Assembly (NCBI GenBank): GCA_947629405.1
Contig: CANRDL010000001.1
Span: 7,502 to 71,501, forward strand
DNA from: an uncultured Bacilli bacterium
GTDB taxonomy: Bacteria; Bacillota_I; Bacilli_A; RF39; UBA660
Length of the DNA stretch: 64,000 bases
Direction: 5' to 3'
Position numbers and translations under genes: made by a program. This document shows positions 1-9,768 of the stretch, one piece after another. The stretch's first letter is position 1. The number at the start of each line of letters is the position of its first letter. The notes beneath the pieces are model-generated. The model searched no databases. It was not told the origin of the DNA and worked only from the letters and a program-made list of their open reading frames with translations.

Positions 1-3000
1 CCCTGAAGAACATTTTACGATGAATGAAGATAATTTAATGGATATGGTAAATCAGCTGGGCAATGAAGAAAAGATTTTAAAAAATGTGCCAATATGTTTT
101 TCATTTATTAAAAGTTATATAACTGCTATGGTAGGAAAAAAGAAATATTGTGATGTTTTACTTCAAAATATAATATTACAACTTATTACATTTCACAGTT
201 ATGATAATTTAAAAATTGTCTTATTTACAAATAAAGAAAACTTATGGAAATATGAATATTTAAAAATATTACCTCATGCTTTTTCTGATGATAAACAAAT
301 TCGTTTTATAGCAGCATCAACCGATGAATATAAAGAAATTTGTTATAATTTGGAAAGAGTTTTACAAAAAAGAAAAGAAGAAAAAAATGATGCTATTTTA
401 TATAATCAACATTATTTAATAATAACGGACTCTTTTAAACAAATAAGGAATTTTGACTTTATTAAAAATTTATTGGAATTAAAAAAATATTATGGTTTTT
501 CAACTTTAATTATTAATGATAAATTAACTTCTTTACCAGATACTTGTCAGTCTTTTATTAATATCGGTGAACAGAATTGTGAAATATTATCAAATGAAAC
601 ATTAAATAATCGAAGAAAATTTGTAATTGATTTTAATAAAAGATATGATTTATATAAATTATCTAAAATTCTTGCTAATATTCCTATTGAATTTAATAAT
701 AATTCCGATGGAAAAATTCCCGACAAACTTGGTTTTTTAGAAATGTTTGATGTTGGTAAAGTAGAACAATTAAACATTTTAAATAGATGGAAGAAAAATT
801 CGCCAATGATGTCTTTGCAAGCACCAGTAGGTGTTGGTAAAAGTGGGGAAATTATTAGTCTTGATTTACATGAAAAATATCATGGACCTCACGGTTTAAT
901 AGCAGGTACGACAGGATCTGGTAAATCAGAATTTATTATAACTTATATTTTATCAATGGCTGTAAATTATCATCCCTATGAGGTTTCTTTTATATTAATT
1001 GATTACAAAGGTGGTGGACTAGCAGGAGCCTTTGAAAATAGTGGATTGAAATTACCTCATTTAGTAGGAACAATTACTAACTTAGAAGAAAATGAAATAA
1101 ACAGAAGTTTAGCATCAATTGAAAGTGAACTTAAAAGAAGACAAATATTATTTAATAAAGCGCGAGAAATATCTGGCGAAAGTACTATTGATATTTATAA
1201 GTATCAACAAATGTTTAGAGAAAAAGTTGTTGAAGAACCAATTTCTCATTTGTTTATTATTTCAGATGAATTTGCCGAATTAAAAAATCAACATCCGGAA
1301 TTTATGGAACAATTAATTCAAACTGCTCGAATAGGTCGTTCTTTAGGAGTTCATTTAATTTTAGCAACTCAAAAGCCTAGTGGAGTTGTCGATCCCCAAA
1401 TTTGGAGTAACACTCGTTTTAGAGTTTGTTTAAAAGTATCAGATAAATCAGATAGTAATGAAGTAATACAATGTTCTGATGCAGCTTATTTAAAACAAAC
1501 TGGTAGATTTTATCTTCAAGTTGGTTTAAATGAGATTTATGTTTTAGGACAATCTGCTTATACGGGTGGACAATATATTCCATCTGATAAAATTAAAAAA
1601 ACTATTGATTCTTCCATATTATTTATTGATAACATTGGTTATGTTAAAAAGAAAGTTGATACAGTAAAGAAAAATGTTAATCAAACGACAAATGGTGAAG
1701 AATTAATTAATGTTTTAAAATATTTAAATGAAGTTGCTAAACATGAAAATATTAATGTAAAACCTTTATGGTTACCAAAAATGCCTAGTAATATTAGAAT
1801 TGAAGAATTACAAGCAAAATATAATTACCAAAAAGAGAACTTTATATTAAATCCAATTGTCGGTGAATATGATGTACCTGATGAACAAAAACAATGTTTA
1901 CTAACTGTTCCGTTTTCCAAAGAAGGTAATGTTTTAATTTATGGTGCAGCTCAGTCAGGTAAAGAAAATTTTATTATGACTACTATTTATTCTTCAATGT
2001 TATATTATGATGCTAGTGAAGTTAATTATTATATTTTTGATTTTGGAGCGGAAATCTTAAAATGTTTTGAAAATTCTCCACTTGTTGGTGATATTATATA
2101 TGTAAACGACGAAGAAAAAATAAAAAACACCTTTAATATGATACAAAAAGCAATAAATGAAAGAAGAAAGTTATTTGCTCCATATGGTGGTAGTTATTAT
2201 AATTATTTAAAAAATACTAATCAAAAGATACCAGCAATTGTAATTATTATTAATGGCTATGATGCCTTTTATGAAACATATGAATCTTATGATGAAGATC
2301 TTTCAATGCTTGCAAGAGATTGTACTAAATATGGCATATATTTAATGATTACAACTATAAGTCCTAATGGAATTAGATTTAAATTAAAACAAAATTTTTC
2401 AAATATATATTGTTTACAACAAAATGATAGTGATGATTATTCATCAATTTTAGGTAATGTTAAAAATAAATTACCTGCTAAAATTTTTGGAAGAGGAATA
2501 ATAAAGTTAAATGATATTTATGAATTTCAAACTGCTTTAATAACTGAAAAAGATAATATTGTTCCATATGTAATTCAAAAATGTACTGAATTAAATAATA
2601 CTAGCACAATTAAAGCACCAAAAATACCAATACTTCCTGAAAAAGTTACTAATCAGGATATTATCCAAGAATTTAATAAAAATAATGAAGTTATCATTGG
2701 AATTGATAAAAATGATTTAGAAATTATTAAATATAATTTTATAAAAGAAAATATTAATATAATTACTACTAATGATGTTTCTTTAATTGAACCATTCATA
2801 AATCCATTTGTAAATCAAATTTTAGCTATGAATTACTCTAATGTTATATTAATTAATGCTGAGGAAATTTCATTAGATGATAACTTTAAAAAATATTACA
2901 AATATTATGATAATAATTTTAATAATATTTTTAATGATATATCTCAATATATTAAATCTAGTTATGAAAATTATAAAAGTAATGATTTTAATAAAGAAAT

Positions 3001-3370
3001 ATTTAAAGATGTTAAAAAAACTTTGTGCATAATTGTTGGTATAAAATCATTTTACAATAAATTAAGTGACGAAAATCAAAATAATTTTTCGAGTCTTTTT
3101 GAAAACATTTCTGACTTAGACATAATAAATTATATATTTATTGATAACATTGATAATATAAAATATTATGAATCAGAATCATGGTTTAAATCATCATGTA
3201 ATACTAATAATGGTATTTGGATTGGAAATGGGCTTGATGATCAATATACTTTAAAAATTTCAAAAAGAACTTCTGATGTAAAAAAAGAAGTAGCAAGTAG
3301 TTTTTGCTTTGTAGTAAAAAAAGGTATACCAATATTAGTTAAGTTTGTAGAAAAATTTGATATAAAATAA
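1..3370 (+). CDS. essC: Type VII secretion system FtsK/SpoIIIE-family ATPase EssC (YukB-like), 5'-partial; frame is open from the window edge
   Basis: Reading frame open from nt 2. Walker A motif GTTGSGKSEF plus degenerate second and third P-loops (AAQSGKENF, etc.) is typical of the three-ATPase-domain EssC C-terminus. The fragment is 1116+ aa and the N-terminal FHA/TM part is missing. Confidence 0.8.
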   Translation, partial: PEEHFTMNEDNLMDMVNQLGNEEKILKNVPICFSFIKSYITAMVGKKKYCDVLLQNIILQLITFHSYDNLKIVLFTNKENLWKYEYLKILPHAFSDDKQIRFIAASTDEYKEICYNLERVLQKRKEEKNDAILYNQHYLIITDSFKQIRNFDFIKNLLELKKYYGFSTLIINDKLTSLPDTCQSFINIGEQNCEILSNETLNNRRKFVIDFNKRYDLYKLSKILANIPIEFNNNSDGKIPDKLGFLEMFDVGKVEQLNILNRWKKNSPMMSLQAPVGVGKSGEIISLDLHEKYHGPHGLIAGTTGSGKSEFIITYILSMAVNYHPYEVSFILIDYKGGGLAGAFENSGLKLPHLVGTITNLEENEINRSLASIESELKRRQILFNKAREISGESTIDIYKYQQMFREKVVEEPISHLFIISDEFAELKNQHPEFMEQLIQTARIGRSLGVHLILATQKPSGVVDPQIWSNTRFRVCLKVSDKSDSNEVIQCSDAAYLKQTGRFYLQVGLNEIYVLGQSAYTGGQYIPSDKIKKTIDSSILFIDNIGYVKKKVDTVKKNVNQTTNGEELINVLKYLNEVAKHENINVKPLWLPKMPSNIRIEELQAKYNYQKENFILNPIVGEYDVPDEQKQCLLTVPFSKEGNVLIYGAAQSGKENFIMTTIYSSMLYYDASEVNYYIFDFGAEILKCFENSPLVGDIIYVNDEEKIKNTFNMIQKAINERRKLFAPYGGSYYNYLKNTNQKIPAIVIIINGYDAFYETYESYDEDLSMLARDCTKYGIYLMITTISPNGIRFKLKQNFSNIYCLQQNDSDDYSSILGNVKNKLPAKIFGRGIIKLNDIYEFQTALITEKDNIVPYVIQKCTELNNTSTIKAPKIPILPEKVTNQDIIQEFNKNNEVIIGIDKNDLEIIKYNFIKENINIITTNDVSLIEPFINPFVNQILAMNYSNVILINAEEISLDDNFKKYYKYYDNNFNNIFNDISQYIKSSYENYKSNDFNKEIFKDVKKTLCIIVGIKSFYNKLSDENQNNFSSLFENISDLDIINYIFIDNIDNIKYYESESWFKSSCNTNNGIWIGNGLDDQYTLKISKRTSDVKKEVASSFCFVVKKGIPILVKFVEKFDIK

Positions 3371-3498
3371 ATAAAATATTAACTAACTTGACGATAGTAA
3401 TGGTAAATGTTATCCTTATAAGTAATAATAAATAGTTTTTTAAAATAAAAAATTAATGTTACAACTTGATTTTTCTTATTAAGAAAGTAGTTGATCAA

Positions 3499-4257
3499 AT
3501 GAAAGAAATTAATAATTTACATAGAAATATAAATAATTTTGCGGAAGTTTATGATGAAATTAATACTACAATCAACGAATTAAAAAAAATTAATGAAAAA
3601 ACTTTTATGCAAAAAAGAAGATTATCCAAATTATTAAATCAAAAACAACAAATGGATGCGATTTTACCACAAATGTTAGAAGAAATGAAAAAAAATAATT
3701 CAGCCAATGGTTTTCAAGTACTTGATGATAATCAAATTAAATATCCAAGAATTGGTGGATTAAAATATTTAGTTAAAATAAATAGTAGGGGGTATATGTC
3801 AGAATCATTTGGTAATTATTTTAAACAACTTTTTGATAGTGGAAAATATGATATTCATATTCATAAAGGTCATAGTATGAATAAAGATAGTATATTAAAT
3901 AATGGCTTACATGTTAATGGGGTAAATATGATGGGTGGACATATAAATCTTGATAACACTACTAAAAAATGTAATTCTTTATTTGATTTTGTAAGTAAAT
4001 TAAAAAATGTTGATATTTATTCAGAAGGTTTTAAGCCAACAGATGGTGTTTACATAGTTGCCATTCCTAAGGGTTTAGATGAATCAAGTATATTAATTAA
4101 GGATAATATGAATGGTTTATCAATTGATCCTAAATATATTCTCGGTTTTGTTTTATCTATTAAAGGAGTAGTAGGAGAATTGGAAACAAGAACAGATAAT
4201 TTACAATATACTAGTCAAGAAAAAGATGAATATGATACAAATCACAGAACAAAATAA
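3499..4257 (+). CDS. Hypothetical protein immediately downstream of essC (candidate T7SS-associated protein or substrate). The ORF track begins at TTG 3466; the first ATG is at 3499.
   Basis: 253-263 aa ORF with a helical N-terminal ~90 aa and an unknown C-terminal domain. No recognisable WXG or LXG motif. The position after essC is where variable effectors normally sit. Confidence 0.5.
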   Translation: MKEINNLHRNINNFAEVYDEINTTINELKKINEKTFMQKRRLSKLLNQKQQMDAILPQMLEEMKKNNSANGFQVLDDNQIKYPRIGGLKYLVKINSRGYMSESFGNYFKQLFDSGKYDIHIHKGHSMNKDSILNNGLHVNGVNMMGGHINLDNTTKKCNSLFDFVSKLKNVDIYSEGFKPTDGVYIVAIPKGLDESSILIKDNMNGLSIDPKYILGFVLSIKGVVGELETRTDNLQYTSQEKDEYDTNHRTK

Positions 4258-4271
4258 AAATTGATATTGAA

Positions 4272-4312
4272 ATAAAAAGAAAATATTATTTTTTCATAAA
4301 TATTTTCTTTTT
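4272..4312 (+). terminator. Rho-independent terminator after the essC-downstream ORF
   Basis: Inverted repeat aaaagaaaatatt...aaatattttct followed by a T-run. Confidence 0.5.
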
Positions 4313-4363
4313 TTATTGTAGTTAATTTATAAAATTTGATATAATTTTTATAGGTGGTAACTA

Positions 4364-6925
4364 ATGAAAAATTTAATTTTAGTTGATGGAAATAATTTAT
4401 TATTTAGAAGTTATTATGCTACAGCCTATAGTGGCGGAAATTTGAAAAATTCTAAAGGATTTCCGACTAATGCTTTGTTTTCATTTATTTCGATGCTTAA
4501 TAAAATAAAACAAGAAGAAAATCCCCATTATATGGTAGTAGCTTTTGATAAAGGGAAAAGTTTTAGACATAAAGAATATAAAGAATATAAAGCAGGAAGA
4601 ATTTCTATGCCTGATGATTTACGATTACAATTTCCCGTTGCTAAACAAATAGTTTCTTTGATGGGTTTTTGTTGTTTAGAAATGGATAATTATGAGGCTG
4701 ATGATATAATTGGTACTTTTGCCAAATGTGATGAAGCAAATAATTTTCATACCACAATTATTTCTTCAGATCGTGATTTACTTCAATTAATTGATTCTTC
4801 AACAGAAATGAAACTTTTAAAGAAATCTGGATATATTAGATATAATGAACAAACTTTTAAAGAAGATTATAAAATTGATCCAATTAAAATTATTGATATG
4901 AAAGCCTTAGCGGGTGATTTATCTGATAATATTCCGGGAGTTTCCAAAATTGGAGAAAAAACTGCCTTAAAGCTTTTGCAAACATATAATGATTTAGATG
5001 GTATATATGAAAATATTGATAAGATAAAAGGAAAACAACAAGAAAGATTAATAGAAGATAAAGAAATGGCTTATTTTTCTAAAAAAATGGCTACTATTTA
5101 TACAAGTATTGATTTACCAATTAATTTTGAAGACACCAAAGTTACGGAAGGTAATGTTGAGCAATTAAATAAATTATATGAAGAATTAGAATTTTATTCT
5201 TATTTAAAAGAAAGTGATGAGGCCACTACAGAAGAAATTGATTATGAAATAGCATCTAGGGAAACTGATTTTAGCGATAGTGAATATTCAATATATATCG
5301 AATGTGACAAGGCTAATTATCATTATGCTAATATTGTCGGAATAGGAATTTCTTCGGCTAATAAAAATTATTATCTAAAAAAAGAAGATATTAATTTAAT
5401 TATACCCAAATTAATAAATAAAATTAAATATACTTATGATTTAAAAAAGAATATAATTTTACTTAAAAAATATAATATTAATCTTGATAATATAATTGAT
5501 GATTTAATGATTTCTACTTATTTACTTGAATATAATACTAAAGATGACATCGCCTATATTATGAATAATGATGATGTAAATATTGAATTTTATGATAAAT
5601 CTCTAAAAAATAATTTTGAAAATATTGAAAAAAATTGTGTTTTAAAATCAAGATATATATATGATTTTAAAAATAAATATCAAAAAGAATTAGAAGAAAA
5701 TGAATTAGCAAAATTATATAGAGAAGTAGAATTTCCTTTATGTAAAATTTTAGCTGAGATGGAACACAATGGTATTTATGTTGATAAAAATAAATTAAAA
5801 GAACAAAGTGAAGAAATAAATATTAAAATAGATATTTTATCTAAAGAAATTTATACTATGTGTGGGAAAGAATTTAATATTTCTTCGCCTAAACAGTTAG
5901 GGGATATTCTTTTTGAAACTTTAAATTTACCAGGTGGCAAGAAAAATAAAAGTGGAAGTTATAAAACAGATGTTAAAGTTTTGCATAAATTAGTTGGCGT
6001 TCATCCTGTAGTAGAAAAAATCTTATTATATCGAAATTTAAACAAATTATATACTACATATTTAGAAAGTCTTCCAAGTTATATTGATGAAAATGGATAT
6101 ATTCATACAATATATAAGCAAACTTTAACTCGTACTGGTCGTTTATCATCTGTTGATCCCAATTTGCAAAATATTCCGGTGCGGGATGAAATAGGAAGAA
6201 ATGTTAGAAAAGCTTTTTTACCAAGTGATGGAAATATTTTATTGGGAGCAGATTATTCACAAATTGAACTTAGATTACTTGCCCATATTAGTAATTCTAA
6301 AGAACTAATAGAATCATTTAATAACTCTTTAGATATTCATTCTAAAGTAGCCTCAGATGTTTTTTCTGTACCTTTAGAAGGAGTAACTAAAAAAATGCGA
6401 AGACAAGCTAAAGCCGTAATCTTTGGTATAGTTTATGGAATAAGTGGTTTTGGTTTATCTGAAAATTTAGATATTAATCCTAAAGAAGCGAAAGTTTTAA
6501 TAGATAAATATTTAGATTTATATCCAGATATAAAAACATATATGAAAAATATTGTAGAAAGTGCTAAAGAAAAAGGTTATGTTAGGACTTTATTTAACCG
6601 TAAAAGAACTATAGAAGAACTTAATAATCCGGCTTTTATGATAAGAAGTATGGGAGAGCGCATTGCCCTTAATACGCCAATTCAGGGAACTGGGGCAGAT
6701 ATTTTAAAAATAGCTATCATAAATATTGATAAAAAATTTAAAGAAGAAAATTTAAAAAGTAAAATGATTTTGCAAGTTCATGATGAATTAATATTTGATT
6801 GTGTTAAAAAAGAAGAAAAAATAGTGAGAAAAATTGTCCAAGAAGAAATGGAAAATGTCATTAAACTTTCTGTTCCTTTAAAAGTATCAGTTGATGAAGG
6901 GTCTTCTTGGTATGAACTTAAATAA
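4364..6925 (+). CDS. polA: DNA polymerase I
   Basis: 853 aa. 5'-3' exonuclease N-terminus (LILVDGNNLLFRSYYA), polymerase motifs (RRQAKAVIFGIVYG, QVHDELIF). RBS GGTGGT upstream. Confidence 0.93.
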   Translation: MKNLILVDGNNLLFRSYYATAYSGGNLKNSKGFPTNALFSFISMLNKIKQEENPHYMVVAFDKGKSFRHKEYKEYKAGRISMPDDLRLQFPVAKQIVSLMGFCCLEMDNYEADDIIGTFAKCDEANNFHTTIISSDRDLLQLIDSSTEMKLLKKSGYIRYNEQTFKEDYKIDPIKIIDMKALAGDLSDNIPGVSKIGEKTALKLLQTYNDLDGIYENIDKIKGKQQERLIEDKEMAYFSKKMATIYTSIDLPINFEDTKVTEGNVEQLNKLYEELEFYSYLKESDEATTEEIDYEIASRETDFSDSEYSIYIECDKANYHYANIVGIGISSANKNYYLKKEDINLIIPKLINKIKYTYDLKKNIILLKKYNINLDNIIDDLMISTYLLEYNTKDDIAYIMNNDDVNIEFYDKSLKNNFENIEKNCVLKSRYIYDFKNKYQKELEENELAKLYREVEFPLCKILAEMEHNGIYVDKNKLKEQSEEINIKIDILSKEIYTMCGKEFNISSPKQLGDILFETLNLPGGKKNKSGSYKTDVKVLHKLVGVHPVVEKILLYRNLNKLYTTYLESLPSYIDENGYIHTIYKQTLTRTGRLSSVDPNLQNIPVRDEIGRNVRKAFLPSDGNILLGADYSQIELRLLAHISNSKELIESFNNSLDIHSKVASDVFSVPLEGVTKKMRRQAKAVIFGIVYGISGFGLSENLDINPKEAKVLIDKYLDLYPDIKTYMKNIVESAKEKGYVRTLFNRKRTIEELNNPAFMIRSMGERIALNTPIQGTGADILKIAIINIDKKFKEENLKSKMILQVHDELIFDCVKKEEKIVRKIVQEEMENVIKLSVPLKVSVDEGSSWYELK

Positions 6926-6936
6926 AGGAGATTAAA

Positions 6937-7755
6937 ATGCCAGAAATTGCTGAAGTAGAAACAGTAAGAAGAACTTTAAAAAAGAAAATTTTAAATAAAA
7001 AGATTCAAGAAGTAAAAGTTTATTATGAAAAAATTATTCAAACTGATTTATCTAAATTTAAAAAAGATTTAGTAAACCAAAAATTTATTGATATAAAAAG
7101 AAAAGGTAAATGGTTAATTTTTGAAACTGAAAAATTTTATTTATTGTCTCATCTTCGTATGGAAGGGAAATATTATATTAAAGACAAAAAAGAACCATTA
7201 GAAAAACATGAACATATTGAATTTATTTTTGATGATAATATTTCTTTAAGATATCATGATACCAGAAAATTTGGTAGAATGATTCTTTGCCCAAAAAATG
7301 AATTAAATAATTTAAAAGAAATAAAAAAACAGGGTTTTGAACCAGGAGATAAAAATTTAACTGTAGAATATTTAAAAAATAAATTAAATAAAAATATACC
7401 TATTAAGACTTTACTTTTAGATCAGACAATTATCTCAGGCCTTGGCAATATTTATGCTAATGAAGTTTTATTTGCGGCTAAAATTAATCCTTTAAAACAC
7501 GGTAATGAATTAAAAGAAAAAGAAATTCAAAATATTATTACTTCATCCAAAAAAATTATTGATGAAGCTATTAAAATGGGTGGAACAACTATTAAAAGTT
7601 ATACTTCATCTTTAGGTGTTACGGGAAGATTTCAACAAAAGTTATGTGTTCATAAAAAAGAAGGCGAAAAGTGTCCAGTATGTCATTCGATAATTGAAAA
7701 AATAAAAATAGGGGGAAGAAGTACTTATTTTTGCCCAAAATGTCAAAAAAATTAG
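6937..7755 (+). CDS. mutM: Formamidopyrimidine-DNA glycosylase
   Basis: N-terminal MPEIAEVE (catalytic Pro2/Glu3) and C-terminal zinc finger CPVCHS...CPKCQ. Confidence 0.9.
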   Translation: MPEIAEVETVRRTLKKKILNKKIQEVKVYYEKIIQTDLSKFKKDLVNQKFIDIKRKGKWLIFETEKFYLLSHLRMEGKYYIKDKKEPLEKHEHIEFIFDDNISLRYHDTRKFGRMILCPKNELNNLKEIKKQGFEPGDKNLTVEYLKNKLNKNIPIKTLLLDQTIISGLGNIYANEVLFAAKINPLKHGNELKEKEIQNIITSSKKIIDEAIKMGGTTIKSYTSSLGVTGRFQQKLCVHKKEGEKCPVCHSIIEKIKIGGRSTYFCPKCQKN

Positions 7756-7806
7756 TTGTTATTTTAAAAATAATGATAATGTAACCCTTAGAGAAAGGAA
7801 AAATTT

Positions 7807-9039
7807 ATGAATACTTTAGAAAGATTTTTAAATTATGTTAAAATTTCTACTACTTCTAATTCTAATAGTCAAACAGCTCCTAGTACTTCTTGTCAAAAAG
7901 TATTAGCTAAATATTTGGTTAATGAATTAAAAAGTATTGGAGTTAATGATGTTTTTTATGATAATGAGCATTGTTATGTATATGCCTTATTAAAAGCAAA
8001 TGTCGAAGCGATGCCTATTGGTTTTATTTCTCATTTAGATACATCTCCAGATGCATTAGGAGAAAATATAAAGCCAATAATAACTAATAATTATGATGGA
8101 AAAGATATAAAATTAAATAATGATATAACTTTACAAACTAAAGTATATCCTGATTTAAAAAATCATATTGGCAAAACTTTAATAACATCTGATGGAACAA
8201 CTCTTTTAGGGGCTGATGATAAAGCCGGAATTACAGAAATAATGAATATGTTAGAATATTTTTGTCAAACTAATGAAAATCATGGTGATATTTATGTATG
8301 CTTTAGTCCTGATGAAGAAATAGGAAATAGTGTTAAATATTTTGATTTATCTAAATTTAATACTAGCTATGCTTATACTGTTGATGGATCTTTTGTAGGT
8401 GAAATATCTTATGAAAATTTTAATGCTGCCACAGCGGAAATAATAATCGATGGAGTATCATCTCATTGTGGGTATGCTAAAGGAATAATGGTAAATTCTT
8501 TGGATTTAGCCCATGAAATTCACAGTTGTATTCCAAATGAAACACCTTCAAATACAGAAGGTTATGAAGGTTTTTATCATTTAGAAAATCAAAATGGTAC
8601 AGTAACTAAAACAACAATGAGTTATCTTATTCGAGATTTTGATAAAGATAATTTTGAAAAAAGAAAAAATATGATACAAGAAATTGTTGATAGATTAAAT
8701 CAAAAATATAATAATTGCATTCATTTAAAGATTACTGATTCTTATTATAATATGAAAGAAAAAATAAAAAATGATATGCATATAGTAGAAATTGCTAAAA
8801 ATTCAACTAAAAATGTAAATGTGGAACCAGTTATCACAATTGCCAGAGGTGGGACAGACGGTGCCGAATTAAGTTATAAAGGTATTTTGTGTCCTAATTT
8901 GGGAACTGGCGGTCATAATTTTCATAGTATATATGAATATATTGCTTTAGAAGATATGGAAAAAGCTAGTGAAATTTTAATTGAAATAGTAAAATCTTAT
9001 GCTAAAGAAAAGGGGAAAATTAAAAGTAAAAATAAATAA
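7807..9039 (+). CDS. pepT: Peptidase T (tripeptide aminopeptidase, M20 family)
   Basis: 410 aa. The N-terminal MNTLERFLNYVKISTTS and M20 metal-binding regions match the PepT pattern. Confidence 0.8.
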   Translation: MNTLERFLNYVKISTTSNSNSQTAPSTSCQKVLAKYLVNELKSIGVNDVFYDNEHCYVYALLKANVEAMPIGFISHLDTSPDALGENIKPIITNNYDGKDIKLNNDITLQTKVYPDLKNHIGKTLITSDGTTLLGADDKAGITEIMNMLEYFCQTNENHGDIYVCFSPDEEIGNSVKYFDLSKFNTSYAYTVDGSFVGEISYENFNAATAEIIIDGVSSHCGYAKGIMVNSLDLAHEIHSCIPNETPSNTEGYEGFYHLENQNGTVTKTTMSYLIRDFDKDNFEKRKNMIQEIVDRLNQKYNNCIHLKITDSYYNMKEKIKNDMHIVEIAKNSTKNVNVEPVITIARGGTDGAELSYKGILCPNLGTGGHNFHSIYEYIALEDMEKASEILIEIVKSYAKEKGKIKSKNK

Positions 9040-9047
9040 ATTAATTC

Positions 9048-9080
9048 AAAAAAATTGAATTAATTTTTGTTTACAATATT
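9048..9080 (+). terminator. Rho-independent terminator after pepT
   Basis: Hairpin ttaattcaa-aaaaa-ttgaattaa followed by a T-run. Confidence 0.5.
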
Positions 9081-9166
9081 TTTCTAATATATTTGCATCC
9101 GAAAATTACAAATGATATACTAATTTTGTAAGATAATTATAAATTAACATTATATAAAAGAAAGAA

Positions 9167-9751
9167 GTGATAAATATGGCAAATTCAAAATTAATTGTAG
9201 TAGAGGGAGCCCAAGGAGTTGGAAAGACTGCTTATACTGATTTTTTAAGATACTATTTAGGTTATACTAATCTTTATAGATTATGTGGAACTGCCGATAG
9301 TACTAAAACTGGTTATCAAAAAGCAGTCACAATGTATGAAAATTTACTTGATTATATAAAAAGTTTAGAAAATACAAGCATTAATTTAGTTTTTGATCGG
9401 ACTTTTTTTACCGAAGAAAATTATTGTAGATTGGGTAAAAAAGAATATTCTTTTACCGATGAATATGAAAAATTATTAGAAAGATTTAGTAAATTAGATT
9501 TTGATATCTATTATATAACTTTATATTTAGAAGATGAACAAGTATTTACTAAAAGATTAGAAAGAGAAGGGAAAGCAGTATTTAAAAATTCTGAATATGG
9601 TACTGAAAATAGTATTATGCAACAGCGAGAATATTTAAAAATGGCCGAAGAGATAAAAGAAAAATATCCTAATATTAAAACTATAAATATAAAAACTGAT
9701 CAATATCAAAAAGCAGTTGAAGAAGAATTGCGAGAAAAAATAGGATTTTAA
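9167..9751 (+). CDS. P-loop NTPase, putative (deoxy)nucleoside/nucleotide kinase-like
   Basis: Walker A VVEGAQGVGKT near the N-terminus and a DRT motif reminiscent of the dNK/dTMP-kinase fold. 194 aa. Confidence 0.45.
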   Translation: MINMANSKLIVVEGAQGVGKTAYTDFLRYYLGYTNLYRLCGTADSTKTGYQKAVTMYENLLDYIKSLENTSINLVFDRTFFTEENYCRLGKKEYSFTDEYEKLLERFSKLDFDIYYITLYLEDEQVFTKRLEREGKAVFKNSEYGTENSIMQQREYLKMAEEIKEKYPNIKTINIKTDQYQKAVEEELREKIGF

Positions 9752-9768
9752 AATAAGAGAAATTTAAT

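Noticed and set aside
547-777. Short antisense or internal ORFs from the six-frame track lying inside confidently assigned genes: 547-777, 12036-12230, 14643-14834, 24109-24312, 25121-25339, 25850-26179, 31715-31930, 35564-35902, 36006-36215, 36929-37177, 37455-37718, 39743-39943, 42478-42690, 42803-42988, 43924-44184, 45010-45222, 45784-46029, 55467-55655
   Set aside because: In a ~25% GC genome, stop-free frames of 60-110 codons arise by chance, especially antisense to real genes. All of these are embedded in conserved CDSs with strong homology signatures, have low-complexity Phe/Leu/Ile-rich translations, and lack RBSs.
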